Source: an uncultured Chloroflexia bacterium (lineage in GTDB: Bacteria; Chloroflexota; Limnocylindria; Limnocylindrales; CSP1-4). From it: a stretch of DNA of 64,000 nucleotides. Positions 63,715-64,000 of the stretch are shown in pieces. The stretch's first letter is position 1. Each line of letters begins with the position of its first letter. The stretch covers positions 35,662 through 99,661 of the forward strand of contig CAWABV010000004.1 in the NCBI GenBank assembly GCA_963780375.1. The letters are read 5' to 3'. The translations under genes were made by a program, and so were the position numbers. The notes under the pieces were generated by a model. The model saw only the letters and a program-made list of their open reading frames with translations, ran no database searches and was not told where the DNA came from.

Positions 63715-64000
63715 CTACTTCGAGAGCTGCCCGCGGATGGCACCGGCTGGGTAGTCGATGTTGTGGACGTTGACGTAGTAGTCCGCGGGATTCGAGGCGA
63801 TGTCCTTGGCCAGCGAGCGAACGACCTCGACACACCCACTCGACGACCCCTCGCTCGGTGCTTGGAGCGGCACGACGACCGGACCATTGACCCCCGCCGG
63901 CGCGTGATGGATGTGGGCAGCGATCGCCGTATCGATGCCAGTCACCGTGAGTTCGTAGCAGACGACGCCCTTTCCGGTGTTGACCCTAACGACGACCGTG
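63715..64000 (-). CDS. CHRD domain protein (5' end outside the window)
   Basis: AAHIHHAPAGVNGPVV, YYVNVHN..YPAGAIRGQL. Confidence 0.88.
   Translation of the reverse strand, partial: TVVVRVNTGKGVVCYELTVTGIDTAIAAHIHHAPAGVNGPVVVPLQAPSEGSSSGCVEVVRSLAKDIASNPADYYVNVHNIDYPAGAIRGQLSK

Overview
High-GC bacterial chromosomal window with about 60 genes and no rRNA, tRNA, CRISPR array, integrase or transposase that I can recognise. Gene style suggests Chloroflexota, probably Limnocylindria/Ellin6529-like (inference): Ser/Pro-rich lipoproteins, repeated ECF sigma/anti-sigma pairs, F420-type LLM oxidoreductases and many leaderless starts. Many genes carry single-base frameshifts, most simply explained as long-read indel errors. 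Main content: udgX; a GH18/AlkZ-like/deaminase-VOC operon; three ECF sigma/anti-sigma pairs; an orphan ftsZ; ettA; a 15 kb glycan-utilisation locus (GH2, amidase, GntR-LacI regulator, ABC transporter, Rv0649-like protein, GH38, LLM); vapBC; an OYE-family flavoprotein; and a second sugar ABC operon with an internally deleted Gfo/Idh/MocA gene. Top observations: (1) a full-length FtsZ outside any dcw cluster with an N-terminal predicted transmembrane helix; (2) a multi-hairpin GAAC...GTTC intergenic element present twice, once directly upstream of an XRE-HTH plus PD-(D/E)xK-like nuclease gene and once alone; (3) an AlkZ-like glycosylase coupled to a deaminase-VOC fusion; (4) the mycobacterial Rv0648/Rv0649-like pair inside a sugar-uptake operon.
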